A stretch of 64,000 nt of DNA from Pyrinomonadaceae bacterium (GCA_035635855.1 DASQAF010000040.1:153312-217311); one strand, 5' to 3'. Positions 39,022-48,000 are shown, counted from the first letter of the stretch. The notes: generated by a model from the letters alone, not told the origin. Numbers and translations: made by a program.

Positions 39022-39498
39022 TTACTTCGTCTTGGCCGCTGGCGTGTTGCTGTTCTTTGGTTTGGCTGGGGCCACTACCTTAAGTTGATTAGTAACTTTT
39101 GTCACGCCTTCGGTTTCTTTGGCGATTCGCTCGGCCTCAGCCTTCTCTTCCGCGCTGTCAACCGTGCCGCGTAAAGTCACCGCATTGTTAACGACGTCGA
39201 CATTGATTTTTCTTTCAGGCGTTTTCGAATTGGCGATCAGCTTAGCCACAATCTTGGTGTGAATCCAGGCGTCTTCAAGCGTGTCGCCAATTGTCTCCTT
39301 ATTCTGTTTGGCGCGGGCCCGCTCTTCTTTCGCCTGTTCCTCAGTGTATTTCGGTGTCGCCGTCGGCGTTGCCGCAGCCACCGGCGAACTCATGTTGGCG
39401 TTGGCGTTAGCGTTAGCACCCGGGCCTGTGTTATCGCACGCTGCCGCACTTAAACCTAAGGCCGCAACAGCGGTTAGGACCATCAATCTACTTTTCAT
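39022..39498 (-). CDS. BON-domain lipoprotein
   Basis: ORF 39022..39528; the likely start is MKSRLMVL (39498). Lipobox-like LSAAAC, an (AN)n low-complexity linker, and one BON domain (VVNNAVTLRGTVDSAEEKAEAERIAKETEGVTKVTNQLKV). Confidence 0.8.
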   Translation of the reverse strand: MKSRLMVLTAVAALGLSAAACDNTGPGANANANANMSSPVAAATPTATPKYTEEQAKEERARAKQNKETIGDTLEDAWIHTKIVAKLIANSKTPERKINVDVVNNAVTLRGTVDSAEEKAEAERIAKETEGVTKVTNQLKVVAPAKPKNSNTPAAKTK

Positions 39499-39530
39499 CT
39501 TTTGGTTCTTCCCTTTCCTCTCAGACACTC

Positions 39531-39570
39531 AAAAAAAGAATCGCCAGCTTCACCGTTAGCTGGCGATTCT
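39531..39570 (-). terminator. Rho-independent terminator of the CsbD-like gene (the stop codon lies in the loop)
   Basis: agaatcgccagc (39537-39548) pairs with gctggcgattct (39559-39570), a 12-bp stem. On the minus strand it is followed by a T7 run (39537-39531). Confidence 0.75.
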
Positions 39571-39762
39571 CTCTCCGAGGTCTTCAACAGCCTCGCCGAC
39601 TGTCCTTCGGGCTTTTCCTACTTTCTCTTGTACCTTTCCTTCGAAGCGCTGTTGACTGCCGCGCTCCTGCAGGTCGCGGTCGCCAGCCAACTTACCAAGT
39701 TTTTCCTTGGCCGTACCTTTGACCTGCTTCCCTTTGCCCTTTAGTTCGTCTTCGTACCGCAT
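39556..39762 (-). CDS. CsbD-family stress-response protein
   Basis: ORF 39556..39816; the likely start is MRYEDELKGKGKQVKGTAKEKLGKLAGDRDLQ...GKVQEKVGKA (39762). This is the typical CsbD pattern. Confidence 0.85.
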   Translation of the reverse strand: MRYEDELKGKGKQVKGTAKEKLGKLAGDRDLQERGSQQRFEGKVQEKVGKARRTVGEAVEDLGERIAS

Positions 39763-39826
39763 AACTCCCCCCTTGTTCACCCCTTCGTAATTTCGTAACG
39801 CGCTCCATCGAAACAACCGGCGGATC

Positions 39827-39973
39827 TTAGACCGCGGCTCGTCGACCGGTAATCAGTTGCAGGATCAAAACGACCAGCGCTACGACCAACAGCAGATGTA
39901 TCAAGCTGCCACCTACGCCACCGATCAAACCCAACAACCACAGAATCATCAGCACAACCAAAATTGTCCACAA
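39827..39973 (-). CDS. lmo0937-family small membrane protein
   Basis: ORF 39827..40042. The conserved family pattern MLWTILVVLMILWLLGLIGGVGGSLIHLLLVVALVVLILQLITGRR begins at ATG 39973. The longer start would overlap the promoter motif. Confidence 0.75.
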   Translation of the reverse strand: MWTILVVLMILWLLGLIGGVGGSLIHLLLVVALVVLILQLITGRRAAV

Positions 39974-40030
39974 CATGCTTTTTGCACCGTCCTTTCTTGG
40001 AACACTGTAATCCGAATGCAGAAATGAGGG

Positions 40031-40047
40031 AGCAAAGCCCATGCCAA
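40031..40047 (-). promoter_or_regulatory. Near-consensus sigma54 promoter for the lmo0937-like / CsbD / BON-lipoprotein gene string
   Basis: The minus strand reads tTGGCATgggctTTGCt (GG-N10-GC), 59 nt upstream of ATG 39973. Confidence 0.6.
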
Positions 40048-40092
40048 CAGATGATTAGCAGGTAATGACGAATTCGCACGTGCTCTTGAATC

Positions 40093-40121
40093 AAAAGAGA
40101 ACGAGCGGCTGCATCGTTCTC
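40093..40121 (-). terminator. Rho-independent terminator after the yihY-like gene
   Basis: gagaacga (40097-40104) pairs with tcgttctc (40114-40121). On the minus strand it is followed by ttttgatt. Confidence 0.7.
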
Positions 40122-40192
40122 GAACCTTATTAGTGCAAGCTGAATGACTGAGGTGGCAAACGGTAGAGGTTTGATTTGCGCGAGGCCGGTTC

Positions 40193-41086
40193 TCAGGCTG
40201 AGGATTCGTCTCGGCTTTCCAGCTCGCAATTAACTTCGCCTCCCAGCAGGATGGCCGCTCCGGTGAGATAGAACCACAACATCAAAATTATCAGCGCGCC
40301 CAGCGATCCATAGGTCGCGCTGTACGAATTGAAGAAGTGCAGATACAGGCGAAATCCGAGCGAGACCAGCAACCACAACAGGACTGCGACCAAAACTCCC
40401 GGTGACAACCAACGCCGGCGGTAATCAGATTTCTGCAAACGACCGCCGCGCCGCCGCGCCGAAAGGTTGGGAGCAAATTGATAAATAAGTCCAAAAGCCA
40501 GGAAGACGAAAGCCAGGGCGATCGGCCATTGCATTATTTTCCAGGCAATTTTAAAAGGATGTCCTTCGTGAAAGGAGGCAAAAAGAAAATGACCGAGCCG
40601 GCCTCCGTAGAGCACAATCAGCAGGGCGGAGATTATCAGAACCGCCAGCGTCACGGTTAGCGCAACGGAGATCAAACGCACTTTCCACCAGGGGCGTGTT
40701 TCAGGCACATCATAAGCGGCATTCAACGCCTGGCCCAGCGCGTTAATGCCACTGGACGCCGCCCATAATGCGGCCAATATTCCGAACGAAAGTTTGCCGG
40801 TTCCGCGCGCCGCGATCACTTCATCGATCGTCGCGGTCACCAGACGAAACGCCGACGCAGGGATCACTGATCCGAGATAGGTCATTAACTTACGTTGCAG
40901 GTGAGAGCCGGTGCCGGCGAAATAGCCAAACAGCGTGGTCAGAAAAAAGAGGAGCGGAAATAACGAGAGCAGAAAATAATAAGATAGTTGGGCACAGCGG
41001 TCGAAAATTCTATCTTCATTAACCCGCACCCAAACGCGCGCGAGAAAGTCCTTTGAGAGCAGGCGTCGGAGCACGCGCGGCATCAA
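40193..41086 (-). CDS. YihY/BrkB-family inner-membrane protein
   Basis: RCAQLSYYFLLSLFPLLFFL..., six TM helices, and GSLGALIILMLWFYLTGAILLLGGEVN-type C-terminal motif. Confidence 0.85.
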   Translation of the reverse strand: MMPRVLRRLLSKDFLARVWVRVNEDRIFDRCAQLSYYFLLSLFPLLFFLTTLFGYFAGTGSHLQRKLMTYLGSVIPASAFRLVTATIDEVIAARGTGKLSFGILAALWAASSGINALGQALNAAYDVPETRPWWKVRLISVALTVTLAVLIISALLIVLYGGRLGHFLFASFHEGHPFKIAWKIMQWPIALAFVFLAFGLIYQFAPNLSARRRGGRLQKSDYRRRWLSPGVLVAVLLWLLVSLGFRLYLHFFNSYSATYGSLGALIILMLWFYLTGAAILLGGEVNCELESRDESSA

Positions 41087-41089
41087 ATG

Positions 41090-42007
41090 CTATTTCACCA
41101 TCGTGCCCGTTCGAGACCAGCGCGTGTTGGTGAAGAAATCGATGGGACTGTTGAAGGGCTGGGTTTCGTCATACGACCAATAGACGAACATGGCCCGGCC
41201 GATGATCAGATCGCGCGGAACAAAGCCCCAGGCCCGGCTATCCAGGCTGTTGTCGCGATCGTCGCCCATCACGAAATAAGAATTCTCGGGGACCTTTGCG
41301 GGCTTGCCGTTGACTGCGAAATGAAAGTCAGCGCTGGCCCCGGGTTCCTGACCCTGGCGCGCCGCCGCCACCGTGCGAGGAAAATAGTAAACGTCGTATG
41401 CTTCGTTACCCTGACGCGGAGGGTCCTCAATGATTTTGAGCGGCGCCTTGTCATTGATGTTCTCTGCGACGATGATGTGTTCGGGTAGCACCTGGCCATT
41501 GATGTAAACGTGCAGGCCCTTTACCTCCACATTGTCGCCGGGCAGACCGATCACCCGCTTAACGTAATTAACTTTATAAGGAATGTTGTCATCCTGCTTG
41601 TCGCGTTCCGGGTCGAACGGATTGCCGGGATACTTGAATACTATGATGTCACCGCGTTTGATATCGCGCTGCGGCAGGATAGGCAAGCGCGGCCCGGGGG
41701 CGAAAATGAATTTGTTGACCAGCAGGTGATCGCCGACAGTAATTGTGTTTTGCATCGAGCCGGTCGGAACCTTAACCGCCTGCACGATGAAGGTCATTCC
41801 GAACAAGGCCATAATCACGGTAACGACGGCGGACTCGAAGTACTCGCGAATGACGGACTTTGGCGGGCCGGCCGGTTCCGTCTCAACTTTGATCTTTGGC
41901 TCACGCTCGCGGCCATTGGGGCTTGGCGAGCGGCGACTGAAAACGCCGGGCTTTTCTTCTGCGGTCCTTTTTTCCGTCGTGACTACTGATTCGTTCATTG
42001 TGGACAT
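41090..42007 (-). CDS. lepB: Signal peptidase I
   Basis: VPTGSMQNTI (catalytic Ser box), YVKRVIGLPGD (Lys box), GDDRDNSLDSRAWGFVP. Its stop lies 3 nt from the yihY-like start. Confidence 0.93.
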   Translation of the reverse strand: MSTMNESVVTTEKRTAEEKPGVFSRRSPSPNGREREPKIKVETEPAGPPKSVIREYFESAVVTVIMALFGMTFIVQAVKVPTGSMQNTITVGDHLLVNKFIFAPGPRLPILPQRDIKRGDIIVFKYPGNPFDPERDKQDDNIPYKVNYVKRVIGLPGDNVEVKGLHVYINGQVLPEHIIVAENINDKAPLKIIEDPPRQGNEAYDVYYFPRTVAAARQGQEPGASADFHFAVNGKPAKVPENSYFVMGDDRDNSLDSRAWGFVPRDLIIGRAMFVYWSYDETQPFNSPIDFFTNTRWSRTGTMVK

Positions 42008-42056
42008 CGTAGATGTTAGTAAGTATCGTGGTCAAGCAACGTTTCAATAACGGCGT

Positions 42057-42126
42057 ACGGAGTACCGACTTTAGTCGGGCTTTAGGTTAGGGAAAGAGCT
42101 CAACTAAAGTTGGTACTCTAAACTCG
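42057..42126. repeat. REP/MITE-like palindromic element, copy C
   Basis: gagtaccgactttag (42060-42074) versus ctaaagttggtactc (42104-42118) is a 14/15 inverted repeat. Located between rnc and lepB. Confidence 0.7.
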
Positions 42127-42131
42127 CTGGT

Positions 42132-42908
42132 TCACTCGCCTTCCATTTGTTTCAAAGCGGCTTGCGCTGCCGCAGCTTCCGCGGCTTTGATAGTCGGACC
42201 TTCTCCGCGAGCCGCGCCGCCGTTCCATTTCAACTCGACATGAAACATACGACGATGCGGTGGACCCAGTGTCTCGATCACTGTGTACTGCGGCGTGGGT
42301 TGGCGCGTCGCCTGGAGCTTTTCCTGCAGCGTCGTCTTCGGATCGGCGGCGGCTGCGGCCACCGGATCCGCCGTGCGCAGTTCTTCGCTAAGCGCGGCTG
42401 TGACAAAGCCGGTGGCGGCCTCTAATCCACCATCCAAAAAAATCGCACCGGTCACGGCTTCGAAGATATCAGCCAGCAAAGCGTGCTTGTGACGGCCGCC
42501 GCTCTTCTCTTCGCCACGGCCGAGACGCACGAATTCGCCGAGGCCGAGGTGCGTCGAAGCTTCGGCCAGCGTCGGCGCGCTCACCAGGCGATGCTTCATA
42601 CGGGAAAGCTCGCCTTCGCTGGCGCCCGGATAGGCCTTTAACAAATAGTCGGCAACCACCAGACCCAGGATGGAGTCGCCCAGAAATTCGAGCGCCTCGT
42701 TGTGCAGATTCCGCGCATCACGTTGCGAGTGCGGAGCGACCTGCTCGTGCGCCCAGGAACGGTGCGTCATGGCCTGCGTCAGCAGCGCCTGGTCGCGGAA
42801 TTGATAGCCTAAGATCCCCTGAAGCTGGTCGGAGTTTTGAAGTTCTGAGGTTTTCACGAAACCTGATAATAGCAAAACGCCGAACGCGGCGTCGAAGTGA
42901 CATCGCAT
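42132..42908 (-). CDS. rnc: Ribonuclease III
   Basis: LGYQFRDQALLTQAMTHRSWAHE, signature NEALEFLGDSILG, and a C-terminal dsRBD (GPPHRRMFHVELKWNG...GPTIKAAEAAAAQAAL). The start is uncertain (long N-terminus). Confidence 0.92.
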   Translation of the reverse strand: MRCHFDAAFGVLLLSGFVKTSELQNSDQLQGILGYQFRDQALLTQAMTHRSWAHEQVAPHSQRDARNLHNEALEFLGDSILGLVVADYLLKAYPGASEGELSRMKHRLVSAPTLAEASTHLGLGEFVRLGRGEEKSGGRHKHALLADIFEAVTGAIFLDGGLEAATGFVTAALSEELRTADPVAAAAADPKTTLQEKLQATRQPTPQYTVIETLGPPHRRMFHVELKWNGGAARGEGPTIKAAEAAAAQAALKQMEGE

Positions 42909-42949
42909 TCGGCGTTGGTATTCAAGTACTCAACAGCAGCGCGGGGTAA

Positions 42950-44098
42950 CTATCCTCGACGGTGTTGAGCGCGCGGTTTTTTCCCAGGCGTCGGAGTTGC
43001 GGTCGGCTTTGCGGTTCCGCCGGTTTTGTTGGCCGTGCTTCCAGTGCCGCCTCCACCTGCGGCTCCGGATCCAGTGTTACCCACCTTCGTGGTCCCGGTC
43101 GCGGTGGTTGTTGATCCGGTACTGGACTGTGAGCCGGGATTGGTTGGAGTTGTCGGCGTCGGCAGTGAAGTGATCGGCGTCGGCACGTCCGGCAATGGCT
43201 TGGACAAGACACTGGCGACCAGCTCGTTTACACCGGCCTCCGAATTGTTCCGATATTTATACAGCTTGGTCAGTTCATCCATGAAGGTCTTCTTGTTCGC
43301 GGCATCCGCGAGAGCTGTGGCTCGCGCGAGCGCGTCAATCTGCCGATCGATTACCTGATTGAGGTTGGCCAGCACCAATTTGCTTTCCGGGGTTTCGGTC
43401 TTATCCGGACCAACCTTGGCATTGTACTCCTCAGTGAGTTTAGCCTGTGGACCCTCGGCATAAGCGTTCGCCAATTCCAGATAGAGCTGCGGGTTCTTTT
43501 TCAGATCGCTTTCCAACCTGGCGGCTTTCAAGAAGTAGGGAATCGCATCAGTCGGACTGCTCTTAAGAGTTGATTTTGCGAGTACGTAATTCAGATAAGC
43601 CAGTGCCTGATCTTTCGAGGTAAGCGGGGCGAATGGCTTTCCCGCCTCGATTAGTTGAATTGCTTTCTTCGCGTACTGAGCCGATTCGTTAAGCAGATTC
43701 GGATCACCCAGGCCGGCTAGACCCATAATAATGTTGACCGCCGCATTGTCCGGCTCAGTCGCCAGGATGACTTTGCCGAGCCTGATCTGGTCGGCGTAGT
43801 TCTTCTTTTGAAAAGCCTCCTCAAACTGCTTTTTGTTGTTTACGTCAGCAGTTGCGGCTTCATAAAGGGTCACAAATTTCTTCAGCGCCGTTGAATATTG
43901 GTCTTCGGCCGTACACGTCGCCAAGTACTCCTTAGCCGCCTGATATGCTACAGCCTGATCCTTAGTTCGGTTGTCGTACCACTTCGAGTAAGTAGCTGAC
44001 TTAAACTCGTCGTTGCACTCCTTCGTCTGGGCCAGCGCCGGCACAGCGAAGACTGCGAAGATGGCAGCGAGTGCCATTAAATTAATCATTCGTCTCAT
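42950..44098 (-). CDS. Secreted alpha-helical protein with T/P/G-rich low-complexity C-terminal tail, function unknown
   Basis: Signal peptide MRRMINLMALAAIFAVFAVPALAQ, about 300 aa of helical repeat-like sequence, then PTPTTPTNPGSQSSTGSTTTATG... Confidence 0.6.
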   Translation of the reverse strand: MRRMINLMALAAIFAVFAVPALAQTKECNDEFKSATYSKWYDNRTKDQAVAYQAAKEYLATCTAEDQYSTALKKFVTLYEAATADVNNKKQFEEAFQKKNYADQIRLGKVILATEPDNAAVNIIMGLAGLGDPNLLNESAQYAKKAIQLIEAGKPFAPLTSKDQALAYLNYVLAKSTLKSSPTDAIPYFLKAARLESDLKKNPQLYLELANAYAEGPQAKLTEEYNAKVGPDKTETPESKLVLANLNQVIDRQIDALARATALADAANKKTFMDELTKLYKYRNNSEAGVNELVASVLSKPLPDVPTPITSLPTPTTPTNPGSQSSTGSTTTATGTTKVGNTGSGAAGGGGTGSTANKTGGTAKPTATPTPGKKPRAQHRRG

Positions 44099-44375
44099 TT
44101 GGTTTGCTAAAGCCTCCGATCAATTCCTTCTAATAACTTAACTGCCAACTGACGGGCGTGACTGAACTCCTACTGCACTGGCACTAAGATGCTCCTTTCG
44201 AGCCCCTCGTTGTAATGTGAACAGCAACTGCAGTGCCAGTAAGCTTTGATCAGCTTTTGAAGATAAAGCCAGGAGAACAAAGTTCGCAAGAGCGAAGCGG
44301 CAATAATCGTGCAACAACACCAGTACTGTCAAGACCTGAATATGCCCCGACCGGCTACGGTCGCAGGATCGCATG

Positions 44376-44418
44376 AAAAATGCCGAACTCTCGCAAACTT
44401 GTTGCGCGAGTTCGGCAT
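44376..44418 (-). terminator. Rho-independent terminator after the PBP-like gene
   Basis: atgccgaactctcgcaa (44380-44396) pairs with ttgcgcgagttcggcat (44402-44418): a 17-bp stem with one mismatch, followed by a T run on the minus strand. Confidence 0.8.
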
Positions 44419-44467
44419 GTCTAAGTCGTCGCGAAAACGTCCGGTGAAACCCAGACAATCGAGCGGT

Positions 44468-46171
44468 TTACGGTTGCTGATCAGGCTGAATGCGACGAGC
44501 ACGGCCATCGTTGGTTTCATTCGCCTTGGGCTTCGCCGGAGCCACAGTCTTTGCGGGCAACTTTGGCTTGTTTTCAATTGGCATCGAGGTAGCCTTGACC
44601 TTGCTCTTGATCTCCGTTCCCTTGGCGGCGTTGCCATTGGGATTGGCGCTCGAGTTTGAGTTGTCGGCTGCTTCGTTGCCATTTTCTTCAGCTTCAGTTT
44701 GCGCTTTGGTTTCGGCCGCCTCTTCATTCAAGGCCGCGGCCTTCTTGTCTCGCGGGTTTGCCTCTTCGTCGTCGTCAGCACCCTGGGCGACCTGGAAGTT
44801 AATCTGGGTGCCGAAACGCGGACTTAGCGTGCGATAGATGTTACCGGCAATAGCCGCCGGCAAGTGACCGTGCGCGTCGGTGCCGCGCGTAATCACCACC
44901 ACCGCCAGGCGCGGATTGACCACCGGAGCGTACGACGTAAACAATCCCAACCAGGCTCCCTGGCCAATGCACGTACCGGTCTTTCCGGCAACAGTCTGTT
45001 CCGGACGATAAGCTTTTCGGCCCGAACCATAGTTGACGGCGCCGATCATTCCCGGCAGCATGCGTTTCCAGGCCTCGCCTTCGATGTTTATCTTGCGCCG
45101 CACTTCAGTTTTGAATTGCGAATTCTCTTCTACGGTCCGCGGCACGTGCGGCACGAGCAATTTCCCGCCGTTCGACATGGCGGAAACCAAGGTCGCCAAC
45201 TGGACCGCGGTAACTTCAAAGTCGTCGCCGTGCGAACTCATGTGGTTCACTGCATAGCCTGATTTGAAAAGCGGAACACGGCCGGCAGACTCGTTGACAT
45301 AGTTGATGCCGGTCTTTTCACCGAGGCCCATTTCGTGCGCGTAGGACACCATCTTGTCGAAACCGACCTGGCCGCCCACCCGCTGAAAGTAAGTATTGTT
45401 CGAGTGAGCCAGCGCATCCGTTAGATTAAGATTACCCGCGCCAACATTGACCGTTTCAACGGGCTGAATAACCTTCTCGCACAAACCTGCCACCCCGGTG
45501 ACCAGCTTGATTGTCGAGCAGGGTTTGAATCCGCGGCGGAGCGCCCAGTCCTGGTTGACGACCGTATAGATGCGTCCCGTCTTTGGATCCATCACGACCA
45601 CGGTGCCGGCGTGGTTGCCGAGCGCGGCGATCGCGGCACTCCGAACCTCCAGGTCTTCACCAAGGGTGTTGTCCTTGGAGATGTTGGCCTGCACTTCGTT
45701 ACGCAACCCCTCGTCGATTGCTCGCTGCCGGGCAATCGCTGCCTGGCGTATTGCCTCGGCGCGACGGCGTGCCTCTTCCATTTCGCGACGGCGCTTGGAT
45801 CCAAACCGGCGCATCTCTGCGGCGCGCTCACGTTTGCTAAGTTTATGACCGGCGCGCTTTTCGAGTTTGGCAATGTACGCCGCCTGTTCACGAGCGTCGC
45901 GCTGGCGCTGGGCGCGCATTTCCTTCTTTGAAAGATGTACCCGACCGCCACGCCGGCTGGAGCGCGCCAATTGACGCCGCTCATGCCTGGATAATTTTCC
46001 GCCACGCGCATGCTTGCGCGAGGACCCGCCTCGCGGATGCTTACCGCGAGCGCTGGCTTCAATTGTAAGTGAACCGATTAAGGCTAAGAGGAATAGGAGG
46101 CAAAATACAGTGCGTGGTACCCTTGGGGAACGTTTTAGGTTCATCGGCAACTCCCTCGTCAAATTTCGCAA
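44468..46171 (-). CDS. Penicillin-binding transpeptidase-domain protein with atypical Arg/Lys-rich N-terminal region and disordered C-terminal tail
   Basis: SXXK = STIK, SXN = SNN, KTG = KTGT. Residues ~45-170 are extremely basic (RKHARGGKLSRHERRQLARSSRRGG...RRREMEEARRRAEAIRQ). The last ~110 aa are D/E/N/K-rich. Confidence 0.8.
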   Translation of the reverse strand: MRNLTRELPMNLKRSPRVPRTVFCLLFLLALIGSLTIEASARGKHPRGGSSRKHARGGKLSRHERRQLARSSRRGGRVHLSKKEMRAQRQRDAREQAAYIAKLEKRAGHKLSKRERAAEMRRFGSKRRREMEEARRRAEAIRQAAIARQRAIDEGLRNEVQANISKDNTLGEDLEVRSAAIAALGNHAGTVVVMDPKTGRIYTVVNQDWALRRGFKPCSTIKLVTGVAGLCEKVIQPVETVNVGAGNLNLTDALAHSNNTYFQRVGGQVGFDKMVSYAHEMGLGEKTGINYVNESAGRVPLFKSGYAVNHMSSHGDDFEVTAVQLATLVSAMSNGGKLLVPHVPRTVEENSQFKTEVRRKINIEGEAWKRMLPGMIGAVNYGSGRKAYRPEQTVAGKTGTCIGQGAWLGLFTSYAPVVNPRLAVVVITRGTDAHGHLPAAIAGNIYRTLSPRFGTQINFQVAQGADDDEEANPRDKKAAALNEEAAETKAQTEAEENGNEAADNSNSSANPNGNAAKGTEIKSKVKATSMPIENKPKLPAKTVAPAKPKANETNDGRARRIQPDQQP

Positions 46172-46476
46172 GTCTAGAGTCGAGACGGAAATTCGGGTAA
46201 AACTCTCGCTGCTTTGATTTCGCGCCGAGGGGCGACGCGCGTGCTCGTCCTTGTAAGCTGTAGAAACCGTTAAGGCAGCCTAATTTCCTGCGATCAAAAC
46301 TTCCAAAGTTCTCTTCCGCCGTTTAGCCTAAAAAGTGAGGCGGGATCGACTCCCGCGGGCAGCCTCTGGGGGGAGTTGCTTTGAGGCCGGGCCAACTATA
46401 ACATCGGCACAACGAAACGGCAATACCAAATCGAGCTACTTTGGGGCCGGCCCTGGCTCGGGTCTTGCTGCATCCA

Positions 46477-48000
46477 ATGGCCTTGTCGAGATTGCTAAAC
46501 AGCTTTCGCGTTCGTCTGCTGCTGCTGCTGGCGGCCCTGCTGGTGCTGACCGTCAGTGTCCAGTACTACGTCAATCTGCAATCAGTTCGCACCAACACGC
46601 AATTTATCGTCGAGCAGCAGCGGGCCATCATGGCCGGGGTAGCGCTGGGTGTAAACAGCCTGTCGAGCGGGCTGTATCTCGATCAAATGCGCGAGCAGGC
46701 TAAGCAGCCCTTGCTAGGCGAACAAGCCGAGCGAGTTAAGAACGTGCTGATCGTCGACGATCAGGGAAACATTAAGGATAGTCTGGACAAGAATCAGATC
46801 CCTCAGATGAACCCGGACAAGTCGATCACTTATGTAAAGGTGAAAGACGTCGCGCTGCCGCCACTGCGAAGCGCAGTAGAGCTTCCGGCTGAGAACGTGG
46901 CACTGCCGGAAGGCATGACGGTCGTACGTCAGGGGACCGCAGGCGAGTCGAGCGCGTTCTATTTTCCGGTAGAAACCACGAACGGGCGGCGCTATGTAAT
47001 CGTCGTCCTGGGTTCCGACAACAGCCTGGCAACAATTTTCAGACGCCAGGCGCGCCAGTCACTTCTGTATACATTGGCTGTGTTGCTGGTCACCACCTGT
47101 TTGACCGCGATCGTGGTCTGGCGATTCACTCGTCCGATCAAGTCGCTGTCGATCGGCGCGCGTCGGATCGCGACCGGAGACTTTTCCTTTCGTGTTCAGA
47201 CCAGCGGACGACGAGACGAAATGGGGGAACTCACCGAACTTTTCAATGACATGATCGTCAAGCTCGACCGTACGCGCGAACTCGAGACTCAGCTCTATAA
47301 CGCCGAAAAGGCAGTGGTGGTCAGCCGGCTGGCATCGGCTATCGCTCACGAGATTCGAAACCCGCTCAATTACATCAACCTGACGCTCGATCACTTGCGC
47401 GCCACCTTTGCTCCTGACGACCCGAAAAAACAGGAGAAGTTCAGTAGCCTGACCACCCAACTAAAATCTGAGGTCGCACGCATCAACACCCGAATCACGG
47501 AGTTTCTGAACTATTCGCGGCCGGCGGCCCTCGAGCCTAAGTCACTCGATCTCGTGGCGACCGCGCGTGATGCAATGCGTATCTTTGAACCGCAGGCTTC
47601 CGAATGTAACGTTAAAACGCGGATCGACGAACACGGCCCTGTTCCCCGGGTTACGGCCGACTCTGAGTCTTTGCGCTCAGCGCTGACCAACCTCATTATC
47701 AATGGCTTGCAGGCAATGGACGGCAGTGGGGGCAGTTTGTCGATAGTTTTGGCGAGCGAAGACGAGGGCCGCCGCGCCCGCATCGAGGTTACGGACACCG
47801 GTCGTGGTATTGCGCCGGAAGACATTTCGAAAGTATTCGAGCCATACTATTCAACGAAAGAGACGGGAACGGGATTGGGTCTGGCCATTGTCCGAAAAGC
47901 CGTGGACGATCATCACGGCTCGATATCGGTAAAATCGAAAGTGGGCGCGGGCACTACATTCACGATCACTCTGCCGGCGGAACAGCCGCCGCGAGCTTAG
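46477..48000 (+). CDS. HAMP-type sensor histidine kinase (NtrB/AtoS-like)
   Basis: The track ORF starts at TTG 46441; ATG 46477 gives MALSRLLNSF + TM. Second TM + HAMP (RPIKSLSIGARRIATGDFS), H-box IAHEIRNPLNYI, NLIINGLQAM, GTGLGLAIVRKAVDDHHG. Confidence 0.9.
   Translation: MALSRLLNSFRVRLLLLLAALLVLTVSVQYYVNLQSVRTNTQFIVEQQRAIMAGVALGVNSLSSGLYLDQMREQAKQPLLGEQAERVKNVLIVDDQGNIKDSLDKNQIPQMNPDKSITYVKVKDVALPPLRSAVELPAENVALPEGMTVVRQGTAGESSAFYFPVETTNGRRYVIVVLGSDNSLATIFRRQARQSLLYTLAVLLVTTCLTAIVVWRFTRPIKSLSIGARRIATGDFSFRVQTSGRRDEMGELTELFNDMIVKLDRTRELETQLYNAEKAVVVSRLASAIAHEIRNPLNYINLTLDHLRATFAPDDPKKQEKFSSLTTQLKSEVARINTRITEFLNYSRPAALEPKSLDLVATARDAMRIFEPQASECNVKTRIDEHGPVPRVTADSESLRSALTNLIINGLQAMDGSGGSLSIVLASEDEGRRARIEVTDTGRGIAPEDISKVFEPYYSTKETGTGLGLAIVRKAVDDHHGSISVKSKVGAGTTFTITLPAEQPPRA

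Noticed and set aside
44170-44245. TGGCACtaagaTGCT motif and 9-bp inverted repeat actggcact/agtgccagt upstream of the secreted-protein gene
   Set aside because: GG-to-GC spacing is 9, it is on the plus strand with no downstream plus-strand gene, and the inverted repeat is too short to be significant.
46453-46469. Sigma54-like match cTGGCTCgggtcTTGCt upstream of the HAMP kinase gene
   Set aside because: The spacing is correct, but the GC element is only 9 nt before ATG 46477. The predicted transcription start would therefore fall at or inside the start codon. It would be possible only with a leaderless or downstream TTG start, which I cannot support.
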